NCBI GenBank assembly: GCA_951406725.2
Contig: OX597816.1
Span: 117,118,001-117,182,000, forward strand
Length of the DNA stretch: 64,000 nucleotides
Origin: Octopus vulgaris
Lineage: Eukaryota
Reading direction: 5' to 3'
The notes under the pieces: generated by a model
Database searches by the model: none
Seen by the model: only the letters and a program-made list of their open reading frames with translations
Told to the model about the DNA's origin: nothing
Position numbers and translations under genes: made by a program
Shown: positions 44,016-56,595 of the stretch, piece after piece
Position numbering within the stretch: the first letter of the stretch is position 1
How the letters are laid out: every line of letters starts with the position of its first letter

Positions 44016-46133
44016 CTGAAAAAGAAATCCATAAGTAAATTAATGGTTGACATATCACATCACAATTTTTAACTAAACGCACTACATCTCATCAAAACAA
44101 TTGGGAAACTTTTATAATAGTGGCTGATGTGCATGAATATAGTTCTTGTACCAACAGCATGGTACCATATATTCTAGTGCAGTGGAGATAACAGCATTAC
44201 ATTCAACTAAATTTATTCAATGTCATTATCCTAAATAACTAGTATAGTGCACCATACATTGCACATCTTCAGATATCTATCTGATGTTAGAATTTCTTAC
44301 ATAAACAGCATAGTAGAATAGGTGACAAAATAGATGCCAGTTTTATATAGTACAGCAGAATAAGTGATAGCAGCTCCTGATTAGATGCCATATAAATATT
44401 ACTCAATGACTTTACTTAGAGTATTATGAGTAAATATAAATTTATAAAGACGGTGCTAAATCTAAAAACTAGAATCACACACACACACACTCAAAGCTGC
44501 ATACGTGTATGCATATACAAGCACAAAATTCATACCTGTACACAACTATACTGTTTTGAAATCAATAACTCTTTATAGCTCGCATGTGAGAAGTCTTTAT
44601 AACATTATTGGAGATTAGAGTTCAATCAGATTTGTAAAACAATATAGTATCAAAGTCACAAACCAATCACAACCAGTGCTGTTCTTGAGGACCTCACACC
44701 AGTGACAAACACAATTGGTAAAACCTAATGACATCACATTCTATACAGTGACTGATAACTTTGCATTAGCAATCATTTTCACAGTTACCTCAATACTTAA
44801 GCATAAACAAAATCAATCTCCTGCAAATGCTTGTCAAAATTATTAAGGCAAACAGGTGTATGAATCATTTAATTCTACATGCTTAGATATCTTTCTTCAC
44901 TTATAATTCCTATAAACATGACACTAAATTTTAAAGTTTTTCTTATAAACATCTTTTTGAAAATAACAATAAAATTGCACACAGATATCAGATGCACCAT
45001 CTAGTAGCAAAAATTATAATGTAAGAGGCTGCAACCTAGTCACAGAAATCATTTGAACAACATTTCTGTGGTTGAAATCAAATGCTGATCAACGTCATCT
45101 TTGCAGGTAATATCATCTATCTAAGAGTCAAAATTTTACTTGGTGTGAAACACTGTAGATATATCACTAAACCATGTGGGGGAAAACCACATCCATATCT
45201 ATAACAATAATTGAAATTCATAACACAAAAAAAAAAACAGGTTGAACGCTGAGCTGATAACAAAGCTAACAAAAAGCAAAATCAATTAGGCAATAATGTT
45301 TCTACAAAATTGTGTGTGTGTGTGTGAGTGTGTTTGTGTGAGTGTGTGTGTGTGAGTGTGTTTGTGTGTGTGTGTTTGTGTGAGTGTGTGTGTGTGGCTC
45401 AAATCCCAATAAAATAATTAAAACATAAAATTTCCTAAAGATTTGAGGCTGTATAAATTAATTGAAGACTTAGATTTGGTTTAATTACATGTAAATATAA
45501 AAATATATTTTAAGGATTATAAATAATAATCATGTTTCCAAGTGAAACAATGGATTAGGGTTTAACAATAACTTTACTCAAGAGTCTTATGGCTGTAGAG
45601 TTTTATAAGAATTTGGGTAAAAACATTCTTGGAAATATACAAATGGAATAGGAAAGAAAGACTCATAGAATTGGCCGAACTTATTAAACTTACCATAGGC
45701 AACATATTTTTAAAAAGTTCAAATATTTTACGATGTGGACATAAAAGAGCCCCGATGGGTACACTAAAAACAAAATAGAATACATGGTAAGTAGTAAAAT
45801 ACATAAAGTATATGATAGCAATGTAGTATATACTAACTTTGGAATAGTTAGAAACCAATGTATCAAAAAAGACAATAAGGTAATATCACCCTCACTTGTA
45901 TGTTTGAAAATAAGCTGAGACTAATGAAATGGCTTCAAATGAAATACATAAATAAATAATATATACATATATATATGTATATATAGTAGATAATCCAGGT
46001 GTTTACCTTGGGAAGAACATCTATAGACAAAGGCCACATGAAAATTGTGAAAGGGAATATCATTTATGAAACTGCTGTTTCAAATAAACAGAAAATCTGC
46101 AAATTCCATTTTCATCAAAGAATATTAATAAGG

Positions 46134-46529
46134 AAAAATTGAAGATTGAAATTTGGGATATTATTTATATTTCATAGCTGACAATAATATCAATAACTCC
46201 ATGGTGACTAATTTGTATTATGCTTCTAAAAATGTCCATTATTAATGATCTCGTCATATTTGTCATGTAATGTACCTACATAGCCATCCATGGAATTGTC
46301 TTGTCATATCTCTTTATGAAAACAATACAATAAGAACAATACTGCTTTGATGAAAGTTCTGATGAGATAATTCCATGGATGGCTGTGTAGTTACATTACA
46401 TAACGCATAAGACTAAATCATTAATAACAGATATGTTTATAAACATAAGACAAAATTTATCACTATGGAATTGCTGAAACGATTGTCAACCAAAAAATAA
46501 AAATATCACAAATTCCAATCTTCAATTTT
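46134..46529. repeat. Diverged ~400-bp fold-back in the last intron of the zinc-finger gene
   Basis: Outer arms aaaattgaagattgaaatttgggatatt / aatatcacaaattccaatcttcaatttt. Inner arms catagccatccatggaattgtc / gataattccatggatggctgtg. Confidence 0.8.
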
Positions 46530-46781
46530 AATTACATATATATGGATAGATATAAAACACTTTCATGCTCATGTTTTAATATACAGATAATATCGGATAT
46601 AATGAATCAAGTAAAATCAGTAATAGAAAAAGGGTAGTTTATCAATTTAGAAGCCATTTCATAAAATATTGTCCTACAAAGCAGAAATAATAGAAATAAA
46701 CTTAAAACTATAACAGGTTGTTATAATGAAAAAAAAAAACAGAACAGAAGAATATTTTGTAAATGTATATAACACTGACTA

Positions 46782-46834
<53 letters not shown>

Positions 46835-47180
46835 CAAAATAGCAAAAGTAAATAGAAAGACAAAAGAAAAATTAAATTAAAATTAAAAGATAAGCAAAGA
46901 AAACAAACAAAGGAACTGGTTTAGTGTATGGTTTTAAGCCATAATAACAGTAAAAAGAAAAGCTGGATAATGATGGAAAGTAAAATAGATTTCATTAACT
47001 TAATCATTTAACTGTATAAATACAATCAAATGTTTGGTTCTCAGTTATTGTAATGTAGTAAATTAATATAACTTCATATTCAGGAGTGGCTGTGTGGTAA
47101 GTAGCTTGCTTACCAACCACATGGTTCCGGGTTCAGTCCCACTGTGTGGCCCCTTAGGTAAGTGTCTTCTGCTATAGCTT

Positions 47181-47333
47181 CGGACAATAAGCGTAAGCCA
47201 GTGTCAACGGTGGTTCCGGAAATTCTGAACCAGAAACTACAGCCTAGAAGACAAGCCTTGTCCTGAAAGATCTGTAGAGCTCAACAAGGATGTCCTGCAA
47301 GCCCTGGTGGAACAAAATCCCATCATAACTGTA
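47181..47333 (+). mobile_element. Mariner transposase HTH fragment
   Basis: RTISVSQCQRWFRKF*TRNYSLEDKPCPERSVELNKDVLQALVEQNP. Confidence 0.7.
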
Positions 47334-47577
47334 TGATATAGAATGAATAAAAAGATAACTAAAGGCACAGATGTGGTTGTGTAGTAAGAAGCTTCCTTCC
47401 CAACCACATGGTTCTGGGTTCAATCCCATAGTGTGGCACCTTGGGCAAGTGTTTTCTATAGCTTCAGACCGACCAAATCCTTGTGAGTAGATTTGGTAAA
47501 CGGAAACTGAAAGAAGCCCATCATGTGTGTGTGTATTTTTATATATATATACATATATGTATATGTATGTATGTATG

Positions 47578-47615
<38 letters not shown>

Positions 47616-47713
47616 TGAGGGAGACAAATTAATATTAATTTTAATATCAATTTAAAACCAGTAGTCTAGCATACAAAAAATCTGAGGAATCAGAGAAAAT
47701 TCTAATATATGTG

Positions 47714-47881
47714 TATATTGGCAGGGCAAGACTGCTAGGTAGTCGGCCGCATGCTAGAAATAGATCATCAACGATCATACTACAAAGAAAGTTCTCTAGA
47801 GAACTTTCTTTGTAGTATGATCGTTGATGATCTATTTCTAGCATGCGGCCGACTACCTAGCAGTCTTGCCCTGCCAATATA
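47714..47881. repeat. Perfect 168-bp palindrome without spacer
   Basis: Centre gttctct|agagaac at 47797/47798. The 84-bp arms are exact reverse complements, and the ORF track shows identical peptides on both strands. Confidence 0.95.
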
Positions 47882-48428
47882 TATATATAATGTGTATGTG
47901 TGTTTGTCCCCACCACCGTCACTTGACAACCGATGTTGGTATGTTTACATCCCCTTAATTTAGTAGTTCAGCAAGAGACCAATAGAATAAGTACTAGGCT
48001 TACAAAGAATAAGTCCTGGGGTCAATTTCTTTGACTAAAAAACCCTTTAAGGCAGTGCTCCAGCCAAATGACTGAAATAAGTAAAAGAATTAAAGAATAA
48101 AGTAATGTAAATTACAGAACCTTTTGCTTGTTATCAATTTCAGCAAAATAAGAGTTCATTATGTGAAACTACAAGAGTATTGTACAGAGTAAAGGATGAA
48201 TCACAGAAACTGTAGTGTCACAATTAAGTGTCCAGCTTTCTATAACCATACACTAGAGAATGTTGAGAAAGTTTTAAATCAAGCAATAAAAAACTACACC
48301 AAAAATACAGAAATAAAGGAGAGGGAAGGAATACAAATTAAATAAATAGATATGTATGTATGTATACATATGTGTATATATACATATATATGTATATATA
48401 ATATCTTCAAATCATAACTGTTTATCAC

Positions 48429-48613
48429 CTTTAGTGTATGGGATTTTAAACTGCTTTCATTGGTATAACTTCTGTTGCAGATGACACAAGCATGTTGTTT
48501 GTTTGCAGCTTTTTTCACCTGATCGTCATGGTTACGTAAGTGATGTTGGAGATTGGACAGCTGTGCAAATGAGCGGTCGCAGTCACCTAAAGTGCACTTG
48601 TAAGGTTTTTCTC
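48429..48613 (-). CDS. C2H2 zinc-finger gene, second coding exon; finger 3 and most of finger 4
   Basis: Acceptor tttctacAG|GA completes Gly, then EKPYKCTLGDCDRSFAQLSNLQHHLRNHDDQVKKAANKQHACVICNRSYTNESSLKSHTLK. Donor AAG|GTGATA is phase 0. The phases match both neighbouring exons. The QL(S/C)HLQQH and QLSNLQ helices resemble ZNF384/rotund fingers. Confidence 0.9.
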
Positions 48614-49231
48614 CTGTAGAAATAAACCAATAAAATTATTTTCAGTTGAAAATCTAATTTTGAGTTAAAGCAACACCAAAAGAGACGGGAAAATATTAAC
48701 AGAAACAAAATTTATTTTTAAATGTGAAAACAATGGTGTTGAAATATTCTTTTAGACTTACACAAAAAGGTTAACAAAAGAGAAACAGCTACAATAAAAC
48801 AATAGTTTCTATTATTAGACTTGCACTATTTTCAACTTTTCCTCCACACCACCCCCACCAAACCCCCACCCCCTTGTAGAAGGTCATAGCTGGCCAAGTT
48901 ATTAGGATTGGATCTCTGACCTACTAACAAATGTTTTCTTATTTTTGTAGAACACCATCAGCACTGCAACTTGTAGAAGGAAGGGAAAAGTTGTCTTTTA
49001 ACAGGAAACCTAGTTCAGATGCTGACAAGAGAAAGGACTCTGCTTAGGCAGATAAATATCTTCTATCATAGCCATGTGTTGTCCAAAGTCTTGTGAATTA
49101 AATCTGGTAACCAGAAACTGTGTGGAAGTTTGGTGGAGGAACTGTTTCTGTTCTGGAGTGATAGACTTAATTTATTGTTTGGTTTAATTCTTTAGCCTTC
49201 TAATGGGTCATATCCAGCCCAATACTGTACC

Positions 49232-50890
49232 TCAAATAGATGCACATATATATGCAACCATGCATGTACACGTATACAAATCCACACACATGTGCAGTTA
49301 TATTCAAATACACACATGCGCATGCACACACACGAACACGTAACCAGACGTGCAGTTATATTCAAATACACACACACACACGTGCACATAACCATATGCG
49401 CAGTTATATTCAAATGCACGTCTAAAAAACATACATGCTATATATGCATATGCTTGCATACACTCGCATGGACTCCCAAGTACATATGCAACCATAAACA
49501 TGTGCATATACATGTACATATATACATACCCACACACAAAAATTTTATATACACATCTATATATGCACATGCACAAGAAAAATGCAGGGTGGAAGGTAAA
49601 ATACAGGAAAAAAGTGTAAAAATATATAAAGCAATAAAAATATAAAAATATATATTTATAAGTATGTAAAAAAAATATGTAAAAATATATAAGAAATATA
49701 TATAAAAAGCAAGTTCTATCTGTGATCTTGGGAGGACCAAAAATGTAACAAATATTTAGCCACATGTGGATATGATCCAAAAAGTTCAGTTCTTGAATTT
49801 AGACATGCAGCGGGCTCTAAGTGGCTTTTCCAGATGAGCCATCTTTCCATATCACAAAGACCACACTTATCACTGCCATTGGTGTAAGGCTTACATTTGG
49901 CTAAGATCTTCCAATGGATGTTGTAACTTACTGGGCACAGTTTCAACAAAGAAATAAGTGGGCCACTAAGGTTTTTGTTCCCCCGAAGATCACAGATAGA
50001 ACTTTGCTTTTTATACTGTGTCCACATACAAGCTTTTTATCACTCTATACTTTTTATATATATTTCTTATATATTTTTTACATATTTTTTACATTCTTAT
50101 AAAGATATATTTTTATTGCTTTATATATTTTTACACTTTTTTTTCCTGTATTTTACCTTCCGCCCTGCATTTTCCTTGTGCATGTGCGAATATAGATGTG
50201 TATATAAAATTTTTGTGCATGCGTGTGTGTGCATGCGTGTGTGTGCATGCGTGTGTGTGCATGCAGGTATGTATATGTACATGTATATGCACATGTGTAT
50301 GGTTGCATATGTATGTGGGAGTCCATGTGAGTGTAAGTGAGCATATGCATATATAACATGCATGTTTTTTAGACATGCATTTGACTATAACTGTGTGCAT
50401 ATGGTTACATACACGTGTGTGTGTGTGTGTGTGTGCATGCGTGTATTTGAATACAACTGTGTGTGTATGGGTATATATGTGTAGATTTGTATATGTGTAC
50501 ATGCATGGTTGCATATATATGTGCATCTATTTGACGTATGTGTGGATGTGCATGTGTGTTTCATGCAAGTCTGAGCAAACATATGCATATAGGCACATGT
50601 ACATGGGTGTGCATGCGCACATGTGTATGTATGTATATGCACACACATGCGATTGCTATGAGCTTTCTTACTCCTTTACTTTTTACTTCCTCCCCTTAGG
50701 TTTTTTTCCATTATTTAACAGTCATTCTAATAGCTCTTTTGTCTCAATAACGGTCATTTACATAGTAATTTCCCTTTGTTTAATGATCATTTTCATTGCA
50801 TATTCTTAAGTGCCTCAATAACCGAAGATGTGCCGGTGCAGGTTTCCACCCCAACATCTGAAACTCTGAGTTTTATTATGGCAACCAAAT
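49232..50890. mobile_element. Penelope-like element remnant: GIY-YIG C-terminus between inverted 3' regions
   Basis: Minus strand 49970-49740 reads YNIHWKILAKCKPYTNGSDKCGLCDMERWLI..LNSRTELFGSYPH, like the PLE endonuclease tail CxLCxxE..LNxRxEL..H. Inverted arms at 49232-49743 and 49972-50534. Confidence 0.75.
50812..50882 (+). ncRNA. Degenerate hammerhead ribozyme motif in a Penelope-like 3' region
   Basis: GCC..AATAA-CCGAAGA-...ACATCT-GAAA-CTCTGAG-TT-TTATT..GGC. Stem I is AATAA/TTATT and stem III is near-palindromic. The core has U4>C and the base of stem II appears damaged. Confidence 0.5.
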
Positions 50891-51649
50891 AATTGTCACA
50901 TATATTACAAATATATATATATAGTTGACTGTTCTATTAAGGTAGGCTCAACAAAACAATTACTCCATCCAGTGAAAGATAAATATCATTTAAATGATAT
51001 TAAATGACATATATATATAATTTTTTTTCAAATCTCAGTAATGATTTCAAGAGTCAAGAATAAAGTATGTAAGACAGGCATAAACAAAAATATTCTTAAC
51101 TGAAATCAACAAAGTAAAATATAGATATATTTTGTTATACAGAATACACTGCATACATTCAAACAAACACAGATGTACACAGACATTGTTGGAATGCTGT
51201 ATCACAAACAGGTATATTTAATTGTAATCTCAGTCATATTTCTATACAGGCACATATATAAAAAGCTATATATATATATATATATATATATAAATTTATG
51301 TATAGTTGCATAAATATACATATCAATTCATTAAAAAAATCCAATGCCATATATACATACTTGCATCATAACTACACACAGACATATTCCCATTTAAGCT
51401 TACCAAGTCATATCCATTTAGAAATATATCTAAATACACACAATATACGTTCTCAGACATTGAGGACATGGAGGTGATGTGACTTTCAATCATACACAAG
51501 TACATATGCTCTTACAGATAGCATCAAACACAACCCATGCACACAATTGACATCATACATAGCTAGAAACTTATAAGTAGAAATATCACACTGATCAGAT
51601 CAGAGGGCCACAACCATTCACATCACATGCACATAGCCTGCAGCATAAA

Positions 51650-51990
51650 CACAAAGAACAACAAATCACACCACATTACAAATCTTATACACCACATAGC
51701 TCCATGTCACACACTGCCCTACACTACACATCACATGTATCACACAACACTACCCTAAACCAAATCACATACACACCATTCCCCTAGAACACAGTTCACC
51801 CCACATCACATACAATATAGCTGCATACTACATCCACCTATCCTACCACACTTTACTACACAAATCCTTGCACATCAGCATACTACACATAAGACTACAC
51901 TGCACAATACATCACACATGCACAGTGCTACACATCCAACACTTCAGCATACTGTATTACATTACACCTCGCCACACCACAACCATCCAA
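51650..51990. repeat. Degenerate ~5-bp-unit (ACACC/ACTAC/ACATC-like) array just inside the intron after the first coding exon
   Basis: acaccacattac..acactacacatcacat..actacacataagactacac repeats. Confidence 0.6.
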
Positions 51991-52014
51991 GAACAACTAC
52001 AAGAAATCTCTGAC

Positions 52015-52558
52015 CTGTGTGTATGCGATGGTGCTGCTGTAGATGACAGAGTTGTTTGAAAGATTTATCACAATAGCTACAGTGGTATTTGCGTGCACCA
52101 GTGTGTACAAGATTATGCTGAATTAACTGTTGCTTGCTCTTAAAACCTTTAAAGCATGTTGGACAGGGAAATTTACGATATAGCTTGTCGAGATTTTGTT
52201 CTCCTTCTCCAACTGTTTGTTCTCCAGGGTTCATGGATACAGGGTTATTTGCATCAGATGTTAGAGACATAGTAGCAGACTGGTTCCCAGATGTCATTGA
52301 TGTCGCTGTTGAGGGCGTAACAATTGGAGCACATGGAAATTTGCGATACATTTTATCAATGTTGTTTCCATCCATATTCATATGTCTTGTTTCATTTGGC
52401 ATGTTTGACCTCATGTTCATTGATGTATGGTTTGCACTTCCAGGAGCCATCGGCACATGAGTTCCAACTCCAGGAGTCATTGAAGATAAGACGGAGCGGG
52501 ATGAGGAATTAGTTCGATTTTGTTGGCCCCCTTGAGAGTGGCACTCAGATTCTGCCAT
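52015..52558 (-). CDS. C2H2 zinc-finger transcription factor (ZNF362/ZNF384/rotund/lin-29-like), first coding exon; encodes fingers 1-2
   Basis: Reads MAESECH...CPTCFKGFKSKQQLIQHNLVH-TGARKY-HCSYCDKSFKQLCHLQQHHRIH-TG. Acceptor ttattattgcAG lies at 52575-52574, and an in-frame TGA sits just before ATG 52558, so the upstream 15 nt are 5' UTR. A phase-1 donor ACAG|GTCAGA falls inside the TGEKP linker. Confidence 0.9.
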
Positions 52559-52662
52559 TCCTCCAGAACATCACTGCAATAATAAAATTAAAAATGAAAC
52601 ACACTGCTTAACCAATAAAAATCAGGCAAATTATTATTTAAAAAAAGCAAAAAATATTTAAA

Positions 52663-52714
<52 letters not shown>

Positions 52715-55700
52715 CATACATATACGCACACACACATATAATCTTGTGGTTATGAAGTTCATTTTTCAACTATGTGGTTTTGATTCCACTGTGCAGATCC
52801 TTGGGCAAGTGTATCTCTGCCACAGATTAATCAAAGCCTTATGAATAAAATTTGGGAGATGGATACTGTGTATATCAGCACAGACTGAACAAAAATAAAG
52901 AGGTAGTTAATTTCGATTAGGTTATCACCTTTTACTTCAAGCACAGCTTGCCAATGATACAATAAGTATTAGACAAAGTACTGGGATTGACATAACCAAC
53001 AAAAACCCTTAAAAAATATAGTGGATGTTGCCAAGAACACTTAAACATAAAATAAATGTACTTATTCTTCAATGACATAAACTGAGTACTGTACCTTTAC
53101 TAAGAGTTTAAAGTAATTATATCCACCATTAAAAATACTATTTTTGTCATCTATCATAGTATAATAACTTCGATAAAAGTCAAAATATGTTTTTTGGCAA
53201 AGATAAGTTAAAGGCAAATATAATCAGCTAATCATTTCTCAATTCTTGACAATGACATGTCTGGATTCAATTGCTGAAAAAATGATTTTTAAATTGAAAT
53301 GAAACTCTATTTTCTTTCCACATCTCATGTCTTCCTCTCAGTACAAAAATGTATTTCCATCCAACTCATTTCTGATTCACAATATTTTATACAGAATAGT
53401 ATCTTTTCATGATTTAACAGAATTATGCCTACCACTTTTGGGTGCATATTTTTCATGGCTCTGGCAAAACAAGATCACTTAATAGAGTAGAACAACAGTA
53501 CTGGGGGGGGGGGGGGTTGTCACCTGATACCATGCTTGCACATGGCATGAATAGCTCTGACCAGCCATTCATGTGATCCTAGATTCTGCAGCAACAACCA
53601 GATTATGGAGCAAGGGAAGTAGTTCAATTTTGTCTAAGTTAACCATTATAATTCTGTTATTTATAAACATTTCTCAGCTAACTAATTCAGTTTGTTTCAA
53701 GGAGGTTGTAAATGATTAGGTCATCTCCTTAACACAAGCCCATAGCATATTTCCAGGTGGGAAGATGAAAGAAAACTGAATAGTATTGTATATGTTTCAG
53801 GATACAATTTCATAGGTCATGCTCAGAAGAGAATTAATAATCACATAAGCACTAAGCATTTTTTTGCTTTAAATTTGAAAGGTAACATTGTGCAGCAGCT
53901 TCTGATAGTACAGCTCATGGACAACCAGCATCTTGTAAGTAGATGTGGTAGATAAAACTTTGCAGAAGCCTACTGTGTGTGCATGTGTGTGTGTGTGTGT
54001 GTAATATATATATGATTATATATATGTATGTGTATCATGTTTGCCTCTCAATACTTGACAAATGGTGTTGGTTTGTTTACATCCCCACAAGTTAGTGATT
54101 CAACAGAAAAAAGAGAAGGACTGGTACAATAAGTACCAAACTTAAATAAGTAGTAGAATCGATTTTATTACCTAAACTCTTCAAACGTGTGCCCCAGCAA
54201 GGCCACAGTTTAATGACTACAAAAAGTAAAAGAGTAAAATAATAAAAGAATTCAAACCTATAAGTTAATGTCTTCAGGTCATACAGTATATGTATATACA
54301 ATACACCATCTGTTGCTGGTACAGATGATGTAGAATAATGCTTAATAACTTTATATATAATACATCATAAGTAAATTTGCCCTGTTATATAATAGACATA
54401 CTTAGTTCATTTGTACTAAAAGCTTATTTTACTTGGTATTTTTGTTCTCTGTGATCTAATCTAAGCACTTTAATTAAGTCGTTAATTTTAAAATCACTAT
54501 TTGAATAGCTTTATTAAAGTGTGCCTTGAAACAACTGAAATATGATGCTTGTACACTATATTGCACAATGAGGGCATTATGCAGCTAATGCAAACAAACA
54601 CAAAACCCAGATCAGTCACTCAACATTCCATACAAATGCAGTTTAGATGTTAAGCCTGGTCATGTAGTGTGAACAGTATCCCCCGGCTGTGATGTAGTCA
54701 CTAAAACCAAAAACTATATCATAATTGTTCCACATTTCTTACATCTTGAATGTAAACACAAACTTATACAAATAACTGAATAACACTGAAAATGTAATGA
54801 AACAAATTCCTCCACATAGCAGCGGGGATGGATAGATGTATAATTGGTAGAACATCAGAGAACATGCCTTGTGATATTTGTTTATGCCCCTTCCATTCTG
54901 AGTTCAAATCATGTAGAGATCAACTTTTCTAGTCATCCTTCCAGTGAAATGCTTTTTATACAGTTCCCAGGTAATGGTAGGATGGGAAGGTAGGATCAAG
55001 TATACTCCTAAAAGCAATATTCCCAGCATGACCACAATCCAATGAAATATAAAAAAAGAATATAAAAATAATATAACTCAGCAACAAATCTCATCATAAT
55101 ACAAGAAAGACCTCATCAAATTATAGGAGCAGTTCTTTCCTCCCCTGAGATTAGTTATCTTAGGGGAGGAAAAGGTCTGCTATGATGGATTGCAACCATA
55201 TTTCAATGGCCCACCAAAACACCAACATCAGCTTAAAAATGAAAGAGCATATTAATGACTGCATGAATGAAGGTTTTTAGAAGACATTAATAAGCATGAG
55301 CAACCAGTGAAGAAGTGGGTTTTTGAATGCATATAACAGTTGTTTGGCAATGCTCTGTAAGATCAGTCTATGACAGTTGCTTGGAGAATATGCAGATACC
55401 TGTTGTCTTCCAAATGTAAAACATCAGTAACTTACAGAAAATCCAAGTTTCAATCTGTAAAAAAACTGCACAAACAATGCCTGGAAGACATGGATTTTTG
55501 TGTAGAATTTGATCCCCTTTCAGAACCATAGGCTTTAGGCTTATATACATAATTATTTCATTCTTCAATGGGCCATTGATAACAAAGAATAGCCCAGTAA
55601 AACATATTTATCCACCAGATCATCAAACTGTTTCAGACCAGAAAGTCCAATTAAGGAAGAATGAGAGACTGCTGATCTGTTCCTAAAAAATACATTCTAA

Positions 55701-55853
55701 ATGTTCAAGAGAAATTTACTTTACTTACTTACTTTACAGTTATAAATCATTCAGAGTCAATAAAATAACTAACAGTAATAAATACTAGAACAGGCTACAT
55801 CTCTTCCTCAACAAAATATGACCTACTGATAGGCTAAACAAATTATATATATA

Positions 55854-55890
<37 letters not shown>

Positions 55891-56303
55891 GTGAAAACAG
55901 TGAATGGCTCCGTAGAGCCCCAAACTGAATGCCTTATTATATTTAGTTATGTCCCTTTACATTCTGAACTCAAATGCAATGAGGTTGACTTTGTCATTCA
56001 TCTTTCTAAGATCCATAAAATAATTACCAGCCAATTTAATCAACTACACTTTCTCTAAAAATATCTGGTTTCGAGCTAATGTTAAATGCTAGAAATTATT
56101 ATTATTACTATTATTATTATTATTGTTATTGTTGTTGTTGTTGATATTAATAATTATCCTTTCTACTATAGACACAAGGCCTGAAATTTGGTGGTGGCTG
56201 GGAACCCTGGCAGAACGTAAAAACAGACAGAATGCTGCTAAGCATTTTATCAAACATGCTAATGATTCTAGCAGCTCACTGCCTTGAAGAAAAAAAAAAG
56301 AAA

Positions 56304-56357
<54 letters not shown>

Positions 56358-56369
56358 TTTTTTATATCT

Positions 56370-56595
56370 TTGTTGCCCATATGGGACTAAACACAGAGGG
56401 CAGAGGGGACAAACAAGGACAGACAAAGGGATTAAGTCGATTATATCAACCCCAGTATGTAACTCGTACTTATTTAATCAACCCCGAAAGGATGAAAGGC
56501 AAAGTTGACCTCGGAGGAATTTGAACTCAGAACGTAGCAGCAGACGAAATACCGCTAAGCATTTCACCCAGTGTGCTAACGTTTCTGCCAGCTCT
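56370..56595 (-). mobile_element. Deu/Nin-domain SINE
   Basis: Close match to the monomer of 30338-30750. Further decayed copies occur at 60735-61340 and 62800-62950. Confidence 0.8.

Noticed and set aside
51962-52014. ORF extension ..GQRFLVVVLGWLWCGEV, and likewise 48294-48428
   Set aside because: Intron read-through past consensus GT donors. Splicing restores TGEKPY and the last His of finger 4.
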